A stretch of 62,951 nucleotides of DNA, filler included, from Octopus bimaculoides (Eukaryota): NCBI RefSeq assembly GCF_001194135.2. It is 4 parts of 3 records of this genome, joined end to end, with 100 filler letters (N's around TTAATTAATTAA, not from the genome) between each part and the next. Parts side by side here need not be neighbours in the genome. Positions count along the whole stretch, not along the records: positions 59,889 to 62,951 come from NC_068981.1; 3 more parts are not named here. The stretch is one strand, 5' to 3'. Positions 61,864 to 62,951 of the stretch are shown here, piece after piece. The notes below the pieces were generated by a model. The model was not told the DNA's origin and ran no database searches. It worked only from the letters and a program-made list of their open reading frames with translations. The position numbers and the translations under genes were made by a program. Positions within the stretch are counted from its first letter, which is position 1. Each line of letters opens with the position of its first letter.

Positions 61864-62316
61864 GTGAACTTCATAAATGCCCAGAAGGAATTACATATAA
61901 GAGAAGTACTAGACATCCAACTAGCCCACTCCGGTCCCTCTCTGAGAAGACACTTAGCAAAGAAACGAGCAAGGGACAGCAATCAATACACACTAACTAA
62001 CTGCCCCATCCGTCACACAGATTTATGCCAACGGGTAAATGTTGTGTATAGAATACAATGTAACAAATGCAACAATTTCTATGTGGGTAGCACAAGGCCG
62101 TTACACATTCGCATCAAAGAACATCTGAACACGAGAACCACCTCCTTCAGAAAACATCTAGACAGATGCCGGAACACCGACAAAAGCATAACAGTCATAA
62201 CTGAGGCCAATGAAAGAAATTTGGGTAATCTAAGAATTAAGGAAGCTATCCTCATAGACATACTAGGGCCCCATATTAACAACAGACTGGATGCTGGCAA
62301 GCAGCATATTATTTAG
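61864..62316 (+). mobile_element. Penelope-like element (PLE) GIY-YIG endonuclease C-terminal ORF
   Basis: NVVYRIQCNKCNNFYVGSTRPLHIRIKEH is GIY-YIG with the PLE CxxC insert, followed by LRIKEAILI...PHINN. Confidence 0.88.
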
Positions 62317-62597
62317 CTTCATCTGGAAGCGTGTAGGTTCAGTTTTGATGACAAGCTCACGTATTAGTTTTAAAAAAAGTAAGAAAGGGTAAGAAAACAC
62401 AACTAACTGCACATATAATACATAACTTAGAAGCAGCGCTGCGGCTGTGTCAACATATACGAGTTCGAGGCATGGCCGCTCGCGCACTTCTCATGAGGAA
62501 TTCCGGAAGGAGCTCCGTGAAACCACTGCAGAGTCGCTTCCGGAAAAAAATTTCAGTAACCGTTGGAAAACCGATTGTAGCAGTGACTCGAACAATT

Positions 62598-62660
62598 CCT
62601 AGCGATATCTGAAGAAGGAATTTTTGTATTCCGAAATATTATTATTGTATGAGGCTATGG
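62598..62660 (+). ncRNA. Minimal type-I hammerhead ribozyme-like motif (PLE-associated)
   Basis: CTGAAGA-A, stem II GGAAT/ATTCC, GAAA, 1-bp helix III with 6-nt loop, AUU triplet (predicted cut after 62646). Helix I is ATAT/GTAT plus TAGC/GCTA. Confidence 0.55.
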
Positions 62661-62794
62661 ATAATTAAATTATAACAGTTATTAAAGTCCATTGTTATTA
62701 TGGTGCATTCAAGACATATTATATTTTATATGTATGTATGTATGTGTGCCCACGTGTGCATCATTGGCGATTTTCTTTCTCTTTGGACTTTTCC

Positions 62795-62870
62795 TATATT
62801 TCTGACGAAGAGCTCCGCTCGAAACGTTAAATCCTCCTTCTTTTCTTTCCTCTTTCTTGAGCGTCCAATA
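62795..62870 (+). ncRNA. Hammerhead ribozyme-like motif (PLE terminal repeat)
   Basis: CTGACGA-A, stem II GAGC/GCTC, GAAA, helix III CGTT/AGCG closing a pyrimidine loop, GUC triplet (predicted cut after 62865). Helix I is short. Confidence 0.55.
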
Positions 62871-62951
62871 ACACTGTACTTATTCCACGTCCTCGCTTTG
62901 TTGTTTTTTCTTGCTTTTTCTTGCTTGTTCATGTTTGAATCGACTATATGT

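Overview
Repeat-dense, gap-rich eukaryotic nuclear DNA, almost certainly octopod. The basis is a mitochondrial insert with cephalopod-type rrnL/cob sequence, octopus-style tRNA-derived SINEs and a very high microsatellite load; the species assignment is inference. I found no confidently intact protein-coding gene. Most listed ORFs are microsatellite or N-gap artefacts, and only two weak candidate exons remain (minus strand, ~30.0-30.3 kb and ~36.5-36.6 kb). The window looks like intronic or intergenic DNA built from about 30 SINE copies (4 families), decayed LINEs (RTE, CR1-like, R4/Dong-like), a Penelope-like element, Tc1/mariner, pogo/Tigger-like and hAT elements, and micro- and minisatellites. 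Most notable: (1) a ~644-bp NUMT (rrnL 3' end, trnL, then cob 5' end) inserted into one SINE copy between 8-bp direct repeats, lacking the genes that normally lie between trnL and cob; (2) two or three hammerhead-ribozyme-like motifs downstream of a Penelope GIY-YIG ORF; (3) a young ~98%-identical 234-bp inverted duplication; (4) a telomeric (TTAGGG)n patch inside a CR1-like LINE; (5) R4/Dong-like retrotransposon 3' ends running directly into (ACAT)/(AC) microsatellites; (6) two long fold-back hairpins. These are interesting local events rather than demonstrably new systems. All alignments were done by eye.
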